The notes below the pieces were generated by a model, which saw only the letters and a program-made list of their open reading frames with translations, had not been told where the DNA came from and searched no databases. Positions 26,050 to 39,914 of a stretch of DNA of 64,000 bases are shown one piece after another. Origin of the DNA: Mobula hypostoma (Eukaryota); contig NC_086097.1 of the NCBI RefSeq assembly GCF_963921235.1, positions 181,290,001-181,354,000 of the forward strand. The letters run 5' to 3'. Positions within the stretch are counted from its first letter, which is position 1. Each line of letters starts with the position of its first letter. A program made the position numbers and the translations under genes.

Positions 26050-27650
26050 TTTATAGAGTCATAGAATTGTATGGTGTAGAACCAGGCCCTTCAGTTTGGC
26101 TTATCTGTGTTGAGCAAGATGCTCATCCAAGTTGGTCCCATTTGCCTGAATTTGGCTTCTAATCAGTGTACCCGTCTGAGTGTTTTTTAAATGTTGTTAA
26201 TGATTCTACTTTAACCACTTCCTCCAGTAGCTCATTGCATATACCCACCACCAATAAGAAATTACCCCTCAGATCATTTTTAACTATTTCCTCTCTCACC
26301 TTAAATCTATGCCCTTTAGTTTTAGGTTCTCTTTCCTTTGTGAAAAAGACTGTGCAATCCGTTGTGATTTTATACACCTCTGAGATCATCCCCCTTCTAC
26401 ACGGAAGAGGGCAGAGCTTAGGGATGATGGCGCCGAATGACCACTCCTTTGCTTGCATCTTCAGAAACAGCTCTTATTTCTATCTTTGATATCTCTTTTT
26501 TTTCCCCACTTTCAAGGGTCTTTCGAAGACCCCGACCTGGAGTTGCATGCTGACTTCAGTTCTTTGCGGAATTGGGACCTGCTCTCAGGGCCTCATGACC
26601 AGCCGCATTTCAATATCCCAAGGACACAGCCTGGAAGACTAGCGCGCTTCAGGGTGCCGGATTTTCGTGGCTCTGGAGATGGGCTGATCCAAGGCTGGTG
26701 TTGTTGCTGTCGACTGATGTGTCGCAGGAGAACACGGAAGATCAGATGCAGTGGGTTTGCTGCTGGTTATGCGCCCAGAGACCTGAGTTTTTTGGGCACA
26801 GGGTTCTGAAAAAGCAACACAACAGACTTTTAACACCATAAATCAGAGAGTTATTTGTCATGTCTCCCCCCTCACTGTGAAACGGGGACACCTCTTTTTC
26901 TTTGGGGAGGGGAGAGAGCCTGTGGTATGTCAAATACTGGATGAACAAGTAGTCTTTGGGGTACTGTAGTTCTGTATCTTTATTGATGCTTTGCTGCATG
27001 CTTGTGCTCGGTGAGGTTGCTGATGCTTTTTGCTGGTGGGGGAGGGGGGTCATTGCCTTGCTGCTGCTTGTGTGTGGGAGGGGGTGCTGGGGGGCTTTGG
27101 GTTCTAACATTCAACTGTTAGTCGTTCTTTGTTTTCTTGGATGTTTGCAAAGAAAAAGAATTTCAGCATATATATTATATACATTTCTCTGACATTAATT
27201 GTACCAATTGAACCTATTGAACTTAAGAGAAGAAAGTCCTAGCCTGCCCAACTTCTCTCTAGGACTCAGGGTATTCTCGTAAGTCTAGCTTAACTATTTC
27301 TTTCCCATAACAGGATAACCAAATCTATACACAATACTCCAGATGTGGCATCACCAATGTCTTCTCCAACTGCAGCATAATATCCCAGCTTTTGTACTCA
27401 GTGCTTTGACTGATGAAAGCATACCAAATGCCATCTGTCTACTTCAGGGAATAATGCACTTGTACCTATAGGTTCCTCTGTTCTACAACAATCTCCAGAG
27501 TTTTGCCATTCATATGAAAGTCCTACCCTGGTTTGACTTCCTAAAATGCATTATGCCACATGTATCCAGATTAAGCTCCATTTGTCATTCCTTGGCCCAC
27601 TTACCCAGCTAATCAAGATCCCTCTGTAGTTTTGGATAACCTTCACGAAC
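26050..27650 (-). mobile_element. Old CR1 3' fragment interrupted by a ~0.8 kb plus-strand non-coding repeat (~26390-27222)
   Basis: CR1 motifs in ORF 26159-26458 resume after ~27225 (aagagaagaaagtcctagcc; cacaatactccagatgtgg). Confidence 0.6.
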
Positions 27651-28459
27651 GTTTCTAATTTTAATCACCTTCCAGTTGGTGACCCTGCCTTCAGGTCTAT
27701 AATTCCATCCCCCATTTCTTTTCCTTTCTTTGATCCTTATTGAAGCTTTAATCTGTCTTTGCTCATCTATCTTGAACTCCCTTTGTGGCTTGGTGTCAGA
27801 TTTTGTATGCTAATTGTTTCTGTGAAGCAGCCTGAGATGATAGATTGTGTAAAGACTGTGTACTGCCCAAGTAGACCCCGTTCACAGATTCATAATTTGT
27901 GTTGAGACAGCCCATGGTTGGATCATTCGATCCTAACATGGTATGGAGGGATGATGTGGATTGCGGTGAGGTGTGCAGAAGGGCGCAGGGGAGATTCACT
28001 AGGATGTTGCCTGGGATGGAGCAGTTAAGTTATAACAAGAGGTTGGGTCTATTCTCCCAGGACCAGAGAGGATTAAGGGAGGAATATCAAATTATGAGGG
28101 GCATGGAGAGGATAGAATGCAGGAAACTTTCCCCCTGTCAGAGGTCAATAGAACAAGAGGACAAAGTTTTAGGGTAAGGGGTGAGAGATATTGGAGAATC
28201 TGGTTGGGGAGAGGAAGGGTCTTTTTCACTGGAGAATGGTGAATACCTGGAACACTGCCAGGGAGAGTGTTGGAAGCAAAGTCATTGACAAATCAGGGAA
28301 GATGGAGCTCATAAGTGGTGACTCTTTGCATGCGGTTCCAATGGGAATCATCAAATATTCATGTTTAGGACTACTACAGCTGAAATGCACAGCCACAGCC
28401 ATGCATACTTCAATATGCAACACTGGTTTAAGATGGTCTTTAAAAAAATTATTGATACT

Positions 28460-31400
28460 CAAATCTAGTGATATCAGCGGACCTTGGATGGCAGACTCAG
28501 GCTGCACTGGTCTGCAGGTATGATTGAATCGCGGACGGTGTAACCCCCCCACTCCTGGCACATGGACAGTCTCTGGAAATAAAATTGAAGACCTCACAGC
28601 AAGATTGCAACACCAGATGGACATCAGGGATCGCTGTGTATTTTGTTTAAAGGAAGCATGTCTCACACACACGATCTTGGACATGGCACTACAGCCCGAT
28701 GGCTTCACCATTCGCCATAAAGACAGGACAGTTTAGTCTTTTAAAGGTGGAGGAAGTGGAGTACGCTGTATGATTAACTCATCGTGGTGCACAGACATGG
28801 TGATTATGTCTCAGTCCTCCTCACCTGACCACAAACATCTAACAGTCAAATGTTGTCCATTTTATCTGCTGAGGGAGTTTTCCACCATCATCCTGATAGC
28901 AGTGGACATTCCACCTCAGGTCAATGTCAGACAGACTCCAGAGAAGCTGAGCACTGTAATCAGCAGTCACAAACCAATGCACCCTGTGATGCCTTCCCTA
29001 TCACCGTGGGGGATTTCAACCAGGCCAGCTTGAAGAACAACTGCCAACATACTACTTGTGGAACTAGATGAGCCAACACACTGAACTACTGTTATACCAT
29101 CATCAAGTACACTCACCTTGCCATCCCACGCCCACACTTTAGAAAGTCTGGTTACCTAGCTGTTCGTCTACTTGCGGCATATAGGCAGAGACTAAAGACA
29201 GTAGCACCAGTGGTGAGAATCAAGAAGGTATGGTAAGAAAGGCGGAGGAGCACTTACAGGACTGCTTTAAGTCGGTAGACTGGACAATATATAGGGACTC
29301 ATCTTTGAATCTGAATGAATATGCTGCAGTTATCACAGACTTCATTGAGACCTGGTTGGATGGGTGTGTGTCTTCGAGAACATATTGGACATACTCAAAC
29401 CAAAAGCTGTGGAAGAACCAGGCGATTGTAGTCTGCTGAGGGCTAGATCTGTGGCGTTCGAGACTGGTGATTCAGAACTATACAGGACTTCCAGGTATGA
29501 CCTCCAGAAAGCTATTTTAAGGATGACTAAAAACAATTCTAATTGAAATTAGAGACAGAATCAGATGCATGTCAGCTCTGGTGGGGTTTGCAAGTCATTA
29601 CTTCCTACAAGACAAAACCTAACATTATGAATGGCTATGATGCTTCACTCCTAGATGAGCTCTACACCTTTTATGCATGCTTTGAAAGGGAGAATAACAC
29701 CTGTACAAACCCCTTCAGCATCTACTGACCCTGTGATCTCTGTCTTGGGGGCTAACGTCAGAATATCTTTCATGAAGGTGAACCCTCACAAGGCGTCAGG
29801 CCCTGATGGTGTACCTGGAAAGGCTTTGAAACCTGTGCCAACCAAGCGGTGGGTATGTTCAAGGACATCTTCAATCTCTCACTGCAGCAGATGGAAGTTC
29901 ATACCTGCTTCAAAAGGGTGATCGTACCAATACCCAAGAAGAGCAGGGTGAGCTGCCTCAAGCTGCCCAGTTGCACTCATATCGACTGAAGAAGTGCTTT
30001 GAGAGGTTGGTCATTGCTAAAATTAACTCTTGCCTATGCAAGGACTTGGACCTGCTGTAATTTGCCTATTGGCACAATAGGTCAACATCAGATGCAATTT
30101 CAACGGCTCTCCACTTGGCCTTTGCTCATGCGGACAGTAGCAACACCTACATCAGGCTGCTGTTTATTGATTATAGCTCAGTGTTCAACATAATCATGTC
30201 CTTGGTTCTAATCAACAAGCTTCAAAACCAGGGCCTCTGTTCATCCTTCTGCAACTGGATCCTTGACTTCCTCACCGGGAGGCCACAGTCAATGGGGTTT
30301 GGAAATACAGGTTTCCCCTGCCATCCGAAGGTAGAGCATTCCTATGAAACAGTTTGTAAGACGGAATGTCGTAAAGTGAGGAAGCAATTACCATTTATTT
30401 ATATGGGAAAAATTTGTGAGCGTTCGCAGACTCAAAAAATAACCTACCAAATCATGCCAAATAACACATAAAACCTAAAATAACAGTAATGTATAGTAAA
30501 AGCAGGAATGATATGATAAGTACACAGCCTAAAGAAGGTAGAAATTCTTTTCTGCAATCACTGCTGCACTGTCCACTGTAGCGAAAATCTCACGCAGGCG
30601 CTCTCGGCAGAAACACTCTCTCCAGTAACTTTTAAGCTATGAAGCTGCCAAATCATACCAAATAACACATAAAAATACACAGCCTATAAAAAGTAGAAAT
30701 AATGTATGTACAGTGTAGTATCACTTACTGGAACCGGGAAGACAGTGAGCACACTGATGGTGTGTTAGGCTGAGTCGTCGGAGGTTGGGGTGGTATGACG
30801 GTGGGGTGTCATCCCATTGTCGTCTGTTTCCATCAGGGCAGGCAGGTCATCTTCTATGTCTGCCTGCATTGATGTCGAAGGTCAAGGTTCGTCGTTTGCT
30901 GTGGCTGATGTGGAAGGCTTGAAAAATGATAGTATGCTTGACTGCTAAGCCTCGCGCATTTTCCTATCATACAGTTCTTTGTAAGGACTCAAACCATCCT
31001 GCAAATATGCCCTAAACCTACGTACCCTTTCAAAATTAAAGTCGTACTTTTCTGCAATCATTGTTATCAATTGCAGCGAAAATCTCACGCAGTTGCTTCA
31101 CATTCAGTTCCTGGACGACTTCACTTTCGGTCCGCTCACTACTGCATTCAGTTTCAATTGTTAATTCCTCTTCCAATTGCATCAGCTCTTCATCTATCAG
31201 TTCTTGGTCATGAGATGCCAAAACCTCTTCTACATCATCTTTGTCAACTTCCACAAGCCAAACTCACTTTTTCCTTACTTCGTTCACCATGATCGAAACG
31301 CTTAATTATGTCTAGTTTTACACTAAGTGCAACACCATTACGAACTCTTTTAGGCTTTTCCGATACCTTAGAACTCATCTTGCTAACGGATGCTCAAAAT

Positions 31401-32365
31401 AAATCGACATAAAGCACAGATGCTCACAGGTACGTGTTTAAACAATGCCGACTAGAATGCAGTTCCGGGGGAGGAGCTTGGCTGCTCGGGGCGCGCGCTG
31501 CCTTTTTTTGTAAGAGTGAAAATACTTTCTGTTAGCGAAAATAAGTAACTAATGTAGGTCTTTTGTAACAGCGAGGTGTTGTAAAGCGAACGTTCGAAAA
31601 GCAGGGGACACCTGAAACATCTCCACCTTGCTGACGATCAACGCTGTTGTAACTCAACGATGCATTCTTAGCCCACTGCTCTACTCCCTCTACATATACA
31701 ACTGAGTTGCTAGGCTTAAACGCCTTCTATAAATTTACCGATGACACAACTATTGTTGGCAGAACTTCAGATGATGACGAGGAGACATACCGGAGCCGGA
31801 TAACTTGGCTGGTTGAGTGGTGTCACAACAACAACCTTGCACTCAAATGTCAGTAAAATTGAGGAATTGTTTGTTGACTTTGGAAGGTCCGAGAGAGAAC
31901 ACATACCAGCCTTTATCAAGGGATCAGTGGTGAAAATAGTGAGCAGTTTCAAGTTCCTGGGTGTCAACATCTCTGAGGATGCTTATAAACTCAGCCAGCC
32001 CCATCATGGGCACTAGCCGCCCCAGCAATGACACCTTCAAAGGGTAATGCCTCAAGAAAGTGGTATCCATCATGAAGGACACCCATCACCCAGGACATGC
32101 TCTCTTCTCTTTGCTACCATCAGGAAGGAGGTACAGGAGCATGAAGATACATGCTCAACGTTTCAGGAACAGCTTCTTCCATTCTACCATCGGATTTTTG
32201 AATGGACAATGAACACCTCACCAGGTTTTTTATTCTCTTTTTGCTCTACTTAATTTTTACATGAATTTCTTATTGTGATACAGTTTTTAAAAAATTATGC
32301 TGCCACTAAACAACAAATTTCACAACATATACCAGTGATATTAAATCTGATTCTGATTCTGACAG
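28460..32365 (+). mobile_element. Rex1/Babar-type LINE (APE + RT), decayed, interrupted by a Tigger-like element
   Basis: NKIEDLTARLQHQMDIRDRCVFC (APE start), [35 protein letters not shown], aaatttaccgatgacacaac (KFxDDT), FKFLGVNISED; tail tctgattctgattctga. Confidence 0.85.
30308..31614 (-). mobile_element. Tigger/pogo-like non-autonomous DNA transposon
   Basis: Imperfect ~25-bp TIRs (caggtttcccctgccatccgaaggt / acgttcgaaaagcaggggacacctg); TA at left flank, AA at right; ORF 31036-31254 (EVDKDDVEEVLASHDQELIDEELMQLEEE) resembles a Tigger transposase C-terminus. Confidence 0.85.
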
Positions 32366-33054
32366 CATTGAAAAGAGTCTTAATGAGCAGTTAAATCATC
32401 ACAGCATGGAAAGCTGTGGGTCAAGCAGTGGGACTAATACTGATGAATGCCCATTGTTCGGCATGGATATGCTGGTCCAAGTGGCTTGTTTTCATGCTGT
32501 TAACTATGAGTCTGTTGGGGAGAGATGTGAAAGGTGGAGTGTGGTTAGGGGCTTTGATTTGGACTTGTCATGTTGAAATTTGCTCTCATAAAGTAATAAG
32601 TTTCATGTCATGAGCATCACACACAAAATGCTGGGATATTTGAAATATCAACTGTTCATTTCACTCCATAGGTGCTGCCCATTCTGTTGAGGTCCTCCAG
32701 CATTTTGTGTGACTTGCTCAAGATTCTGCAGAATCTCTTGCGTCTCGTATTTCATGCCATATAAAAAGCAATGATAATAAACCTGATTCTGAAGTACTCC
32801 AGTTCACTTGCTACTATAAAGATTAAGATTAGTTTTATTTATCACGTACATCAAAACATGCAGTGAAATGCTCGGTTTGTATCCTATCAGATCAGCAAGG
32901 ATTACGTTGGGCAGATTGCAAGTATGGTCATCCTTCCAGTGCCAATGTAGCATGAACACAACTCAGTAACCAAATCCTTATTCCTTTGGAGTGTGGGAGG
33001 AAACCAGAGCACTCAGAGGAAACACACAAAGTCACAGGGAGAACTTACAAAACT

Positions 33055-33550
33055 AAACTTTCCGCTCCATTTGCCAAAAGCAGAACTTCCCGGTGGCATT
33101 CCATGCTCTCCTCTTGTGCCACGTTGGGGCCACCCTCAGGGTGGAGGAGCAATACCTTATTTTCCGTCTAAGTAGCTCCAGCCTCATTACATGAATTTCA
33201 ATTTCTCCTTTCGGTTTAAAAAAAAAATTCCCTCCCTATTCTATTCACCATTGTGGCCTCTTACCTCCTCACTTGCCTATCACCTCCTCCCCAAGTCTCC
33301 TTTTCCTTCCCTTTCTCCTATAGTCCACTCTGCATTCCTATCAGATTCTTTCCTCTCCAGCCCTTTCCCCTTCCTACCCACCTATCACCTTCCAGCTGTC
33401 CTCCTTCCTCTCCTCCCACCTTTTTCTTCTGGTGTCTTCCCCCTTCCTTTCCAGTCCCGAAGAAGGATCTCTGCCTAAAATGTCAACTGTTTATTCACTT
33501 CCATCGATGCTGCTTGACCTGCTGAGTTTCTCCAGCATCTTGTTTGTGAT
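33055..33550 (+). mobile_element. Older Penelope-like 3' fragment with decayed hammerhead
   Basis: gccaccctcagggtggaggagcaataccttattttccgtct matches the GIY-YIG end of the young family, followed by a pyrimidine-rich UTR and cagtc-ccgaaga-agg..cct-aaaa-tgtc-aactg. Confidence 0.8.
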
Positions 33551-34134
33551 ACAAAACCAGTGCTTACTTTCTTGGTTGAGTTCCTGTAACCCAAATTTTT
33601 CAGATGTGCAGTGCAGTTCTGTAACAGGCGTGCTTGTCTGTGGCATGTCTGAGTAATTCTTGAGAGTCATGTGAGAATGTGAGTGCAATAAAGTTGATTT
33701 AATCACTGTGTCGAGATGAAGGGATTTGAATATTTGGCACAGCCTCCGGTTCCTCCTTGATTCAATTTAGTTCTTCAGTGTTTCTGTGGCTGCCTTCCCA
33801 CAGCTCTCAGTTGTTCGTTTTCCCTTGCTCGGTCCCTTTGACTTGCTCCAAGTTTTCTGACGGTGATTGTTTTTGACTGTCCGGCAAGTTTTCAATCTCT
33901 AATCGTTTCTTAAACAGGTTGGTAGCTGTCGGGAAGCATTTTTTGTTGCATTTATTGAAGAACTGCTTCGGGGCTGTGTGTAATTTAAGACCTAATGAAT
34001 GAAAAGTGGAGCTGGAATCGTCCTGATTAGTACATTTATTTGAAGCAGCTTAAGTAAGTGAAAAGAATCATTGCAAATCTGCAAAGTGACAGGAGTTGTG
34101 GTGGTGGGCAAACTTAAGGGATTATGAGGAAGTC

Positions 34135-34620
34135 AGAATCAGGTTTAATATCATCAGCATATTTTGTGAACTTTGTTGTTTTTGTGGCAGCAGTTACATC
34201 TCAATACAGAAGTAAAAACTGAATTACAATAAACATATATAATAGTTAAAGAACTAGTGCAAAAAATGTAGTGAGACAGTGTTTATGGGTTCAATGTCCA
34301 TTCAGAAATCGGATGGCAGAGGGGAAGAAGCTGTTCCTGAATCGTTAAGTGTGTTCCTTCAGACTCCTGTATCTCTTTCCTGATGGTAGTAATGAGGAGA
34401 GCGCATGCCCAGGTGATGGGGGTGTTAAATGATGGATGCCACCTTTTTGCGGCATCGCTTCTTGAAGATGTCCTGGTTGCTGGGGAGGCTGGTGCCCATG
34501 TTGGAGCTGACAGCTGACTGAGTTCACAACTTTATGCAGCTTCTTTCGATTTCACCCCCCCCACCGCCCACCATCATACCAGACAGTGATGCAGCCAGTT
34601 AGAATGCTGTCATTTGTAGA
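34135..34620 (-). mobile_element. Rex1/Babar-type LINE 3' end
   Basis: ORF 34345-34527 ends PGHALSSLLPSGKRYRSLK; tcagaatcaggttt tail. Confidence 0.7.
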
Positions 34621-34794
34621 AAGTTATAGCAAAGGAGGGATGACATGAGACTGGTCCATGGCTGCTCCTTTTCATTAAAACCATTTTTCTGTCATAACGC
34701 GTCAGAGATTTCCAGTGATGGGTGGTTAAAATTTAAGCATGAATGAATGGTTAAATGAGATTAATTTTGCAGTAATTGGAGCCCCAAGTTTGCG

Positions 34795-35168
34795 GTGGAC
34801 ACAGTAGGTGCCGTCACTGGTTTACACTGCCCAGAGTGTGTTGTGGAGTGGACATAGTCTGTGTAGTCACTGATTTACTTTGCCCGATGTGAGGTTTGGA
34901 CTGGATACTGAGTGAGTGCCTCCACTGATCTACATTGCCCAGTACAAGGCTGGGAGTGGATACAATGGGTATGGTCACTGTTTAACACTGCCTAGTGTGT
35001 GTTGCGGAGTGGACACAGTGGATGTAGTGACTGGTTTATGTTGCCCAATATGAGGTTTGAAGTGGATACTGAGTGAGTGTGGTCACTGATTTACACTGCC
35101 CCGTTTGTGGTTTGGAGTGGACAGATCAGGTATGGTCCCTAGTTTACACTGCATAGTGTGTGGTTTGA
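34795..35168. repeat. Degenerate minisatellite, ~7 units of 53-55 bp
   Basis: Anchor gtcactgrtttacactgccc recurs at ~34813, 34866, 34920, 34974, 35027, 35082, 35135. Confidence 0.85.
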
Positions 35169-35620
35169 TGAATTCCTCTCAACCTTCCAATTCTTCTCAT
35201 GCAGACATTGTTTGGAGCCATTGGTCACCTGTTGAACTCAACCTTGGCCCATTCCCTCAGCCTGATTGAAATTCTCATTCTGCCAAATAAGAGTAACCTT
35301 ATTCTGTTGCATCATGTCAAGTTTATTGATGTTTAACTATATACATGTATATAATATATAACCATATAATTTATATATAATATATATTGGTCATTGATTG
35401 GAGTACTGTAGAGATGCAATAGAAGTGTTCCCGCGCAAATTTGGCGAAGAGCTCTACAAACTTAGTCTCCATAAAAAAGGGTACTGTCTAGTGCAGTGGT
35501 CATTGTGGGAGTGGTCTGAATCAGAGTGGTAAGGCTTTGGCAGGAATTGGCAGAGGCAAGGTAAGTCCATTTCTTATTTTTTATTTCATTTTTCTTATTT
35601 AACTCAAGAGAATAGGGGGT

Positions 35621-36510
35621 ATGTCTTCAGGGCCAGTGTTCTGTTCTGGGTGTCAGATGTGGGATTTCCGGGAGACTCCCAGCCTCTCTGTTGTCCACAC
35701 CTGCATGAGGTGCTTCAAGATGCAGCTCCTTAGAGACGGTGTTAAGGGATTGGAGCTGCAGCTCGATGACCTCTGGTTTGATAGGGTAAGTGAAACAGTG
35801 GTAGACAGGAGCTGCAGGGAGGTAGTCACCCCAAGGCTACAGGAAACAGATAAATAGCTGATTGACAGGAGAGGGAAGGGAGAATGTCAGTGGCCATGCC
35901 CCTCAACAATAAGAACTCCATTTTGAGTACTGTTGGGGGATGGGGTAACAACCTATCTGGGGGAAGCAACAGCAACCGTGCCTCTGGCACTGAGTCTGGC
36001 CCTGTGGCTCAGAAGGGTACGGAACTGAAGAGGGTGGCTGCAGTAATAGGGGACTCTACAGTTGCGGGGGGAGGGGGGGACAGATAGGCGATTCTGTGGA
36101 TGTTCAAAAGAAATACGGATGGTAGTTTGCCTCCCAGTTGCCAGGGTCCGCGATGTTTCTGAACACATCCACAATATCCTGAAAAGGGAGGGTGAGCAGT
36201 CAGAAGACATGGCACATATTGGTACCAATGATATGGGTAGAAAAAGGGAGGAGGCCTGGAAGCAGAGTACAGGGAGCTAGGAAAGAAGCTGAGAAGCAGG
36301 ACCTCAAGGGTCGTAATCTCAGCATTGCTGCTTGAGCCATATGACACTGAGGATAGGAATAGAATGAGGTGGCAGATAAATGTATGGCTGAAGAATTGGA
36401 GCAGGGGGCAGGATTCAGATTTCTGGGGCCGGTGTGACCTGTACATGAGGGATGGGTTGCACTTGAATCCGAAGAGAGCTAGTATTCTTGCGAGCAGGTG
36501 GGAGTGATTT
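35621..36510 (+). pseudogene. CR1 ORF1 remnant (Cys motif/leucine zipper + SGNH esterase)
   Basis: CSGCQMW...CMRC..LELQLDDL; VIGDS, CLPVARVRDV, HIGTND, DGLHLN blocks split by stops and frameshifts. Confidence 0.88.
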
Positions 36511-37282
36511 TAAACTAATATGGCAGGAGGATGGAAATCATTGTGATAGAGCTGAGAACGAGCCAGCAGGTTTACAAGTAAATGATGGATGTAACATGAA
36601 TGCAAAGAAGGACAAGCAATGACTGGGTGCTAATGCAGATTGAGCAAAGAGTTAAATTGTACCATGGAAGCAAAATTCAAAAGGGCGAAGAACGCAGGAC
36701 TGAAGGTTCTGTACTTAAATACATGCAGCATTCACAATAAAGTGGACAAACTCGTGGCACAATTAGAGATTGCTCGGTATGACGTGGCATCGCTGAGTCG
36801 TGACTGAAAGAAGGTCATAGTTAGGAGCTTGACTTCAAAGGATATACTTTGTATCGAAAGGACAGCCCCGAGGCATAGGTGGTGGTGCGCCTCCGTTGGT
36901 AAGAAATGTGAGTGAAACAGTAATAGACAGTGATCTTTAGAAAGAGGTGACATAGGGTCAGAGAATGTTGAACCTTTTGTGGGTGGAGTTAAGAAACTGC
37001 AAGGGTTAAAAAAACAATTATGGGAATCATATGTAGGTCTCCAAATAGCCAAGATGTGGGATTGAGATTGCAAAGGGAGCTGGAGGAGGCATGTAATAAG
37101 AGTAATGTCACAGTAGTAATGGGGAACTTCAATATGCAAGGGGATTGGGAAAATCAGGTTGGTGTTGGATCACAAGAGAGGGAATTTGTTGAATGCCTAT
37201 AAAATGGCTTTTAAATCAGCTTGTGCTTGAGCAGACTTGGGGAAAGGCTATCTTAGATTGGGTGTTGTGTAATAACCCAGAT

Positions 37283-39140
37283 AGAACATAATACATAGAA
37301 TAGTATAGCATATTACAGGCCCTTCGGCCCACAATGTTGTGCTGACCCTCAAACCCTGCCTCCCATATAACCCCCCCACCTTAAATTCCTCCATATTCCT
37401 GTCTAGTAGTCTGTTAAACTTCACTAGTGTATCTGCCTCTACCACTGACTCAGGCAGTGCATTCCACGCACCAACCACTCTCTGAGTAAAAAACTTTCCT
37501 TTAATATCCCCCTTGAACTTCCCACCCCTTATCTTAAAGACGTGTCCTCTTGTATTGAGCCGTGGTGCGCTGGCTATCCACTCTATCTATTCCTCTTAAT
37601 ATCTTGTACACCTCTGTCATGTCTCCTCTCATCCTCCTTCTCTCCAAAGAGTAAAGCCTTAGCTCCCTTAATCTCTGATCATAATCCATACTCTCTAAAC
37701 CAGGCAGCATCCTGGTAAATCTCCTCTGTACCCTTTCCAATGCTTCCACATCCTTCCTATAATGAGGCGACCAGAACTGGGCACAGTACTCCCAAGTGTG
37801 GCCTAACCAGAGTTTTATAGAGCTGCATCATTACATTGCAACTCTTAAACCCTATCCCTCGATTTATGAAAGCTAACACCCCATAAGCTTTCTTAACTAC
37901 CCTATCTACCTGTGAGGCAACTTCCAGTGATCTGTGGACGTGTACCCCCAGATCTTTCTTCTCCTCCACACTACCAAGTATCCTGCCATTTACTTTGTAT
38001 TCTGCCTTGGAGTTTGTCCTTCCAAAGTGTACCACCTCACACTTCTCTGGGTTGAACTCCATCTGCTACTTCTCAGCCCACTTCTGCATCCTATCAATGT
38101 CTCTCTTCAATCTTCGACAATCCTCTACACTATCTACAACACCACCAACCTTTGTGTCGTCTGCAAACTTGCCAACCCACCCTTCTACCCCAACATCCAG
38201 GTCGTTAATAAAAATCACGAAGAGTAGAGGTCCCAGAACAGGTCCTTGTGGGACAACACTAGTCACAACCCTCCAATCTGAATGTACTCCCTCCACCACG
38301 ACCCTCTGCCTTCTGCAGGCAAGCCAATTCTGAATCCACCTGGCCAAACTTCCCTGGATCCCATGCCTTCTAACTTTCTGAATAAGCCTACCATGTGGAA
38401 CCTTGGCAAATGCCTTACTAAAATCCATATAGATCACATCCACTGCACTACCCTCATCTATATGCCTGGTCACCTCCTCAAAGAACTCTATCAGGCTTGT
38501 TAGACACGATCTGCCCTTCACAAAGCCATGCTGACTGTCCCTGATCAGACCATGATTCTCTAAATGCCCATAGATCCTATCTCTAAGAATCTTTTCCAGT
38601 AGTTTTCCCACCACAGACGTAATGCTCACTAGTCTATAATTACCCAGACTATCCCTACTACCTTTTTTGAACAAGGGGACAACATTCGCTTCCCTCCAGT
38701 CCTCTGGTACCATTCCCGTGGACAACGAGGACATAAGGATCCCAGCCAGAGGCTCTGCAATCTCTTCCCTCGCCTTGTGGAGCAGCCTGGGGAATATTCC
38801 GTCAGGCCCCGGGGACTTATCTGTCCTAATGTATATTAACAACTCCAACACCTCCTCTCCCTTAATATCAACATGCTCCAGAACATCAACCTCACTCATA
38901 TTGTCCTCACTGTCATCAAGTTCCCTCTCATTGGTGAATACCGAAGAGAAGTATTCATTGAGGACGTCGCTCACTTCCATAGCCTCCAGGCACATCTTCT
39001 CACCTTTATCTCTAATTGGTCCTACCTTTAGTCCTGTCATCCTTTTGTTCTTCACATAATTGAAGAATGCCTTGGGGTTTTCCTTTACCCTACTCGCCAA
39101 GGCCTTCTCATGACCCCTTCTTGCTCTTCTCAGCCCCTTA
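37283..39140 (-). mobile_element. Younger CR1 nested antisense in the host CR1
   Basis: ORF 38066-39100 (344 aa, YMDFSKAF, KFADDTK) plus 37757-38062 and 37534-37749; possible short TSD cagat (37278-37282, 39142-39146); host sequence is continuous across the insertion. Confidence 0.93.
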
Positions 39141-39585
39141 TCAGATCTTATCAGGGAGCTTAATGTAAAGGAACCTTTAGGAGGCAGTGATCATAATATG
39201 ACTGCAATTCAGGAGGGAGAAGCATAAGTCACAAGTATCAGTATCACAATAGAATAAAGGGAATTAAGGAGGCATGAGAGAGGAGCTTGTCCAGGTGGAT
39301 TAGAGGATGAAACTGGTGGGGATGATGGCAGAGCAGATTTGGCTGAAGTTTCTCGGAATAGTTCACAGAGTGCAGGATAAATACGTCCCACAAAACTAGT
39401 TGCTCTCAGATGGCAGGAGTAGGCAACCATGGCTGACAGGGGAAGTTGCTCTCAGATGGCAGGGGTAGGCAACCATGGCTAACAGGGGAACAACAGGAAT
39501 TCTGCAGATGCTGGAAATTCAAGCAACACACATCAAAGTTGCTGGTGAACGCAGCAGGCCAGGCAGCATCTATAGGAAGAGGCGC

Positions 39586-39621
39586 AGTCGACGTTTCAGG
39601 CCGAGACCCTTCGTCAGGACT
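39586..39621 (-). ncRNA. Minimal type I hammerhead ribozyme motif
   Basis: Identical to the 13291-13326 motif. Confidence 0.8.
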
Positions 39622-39914
39622 AACTGAAGGAAGAGTGAGTAAGGGATTTGAAATTTGGAGGGGGAGGAGGAGATGCAAAATGATAGGAGAAGACAGGAGG
39701 GGGAGGGATAGAGCCGAGAGCTGGACAGGTGATTGGCAAAAGGGGATACGAGAGGATCATGGGACAGGAGGTCCGGGAAGAAAGACGGGGGGGGGATGAC
39801 CCAGAGGATGGGCAAGAGGTATATTCAGAGGGACAGAGGAAGAAAAAGGAGAGGGAGAGAAAGAATGTGTGCATAAAAATGAGTAACAGCTGAGGTACGA
39901 GGGGGAGGTGGGGC

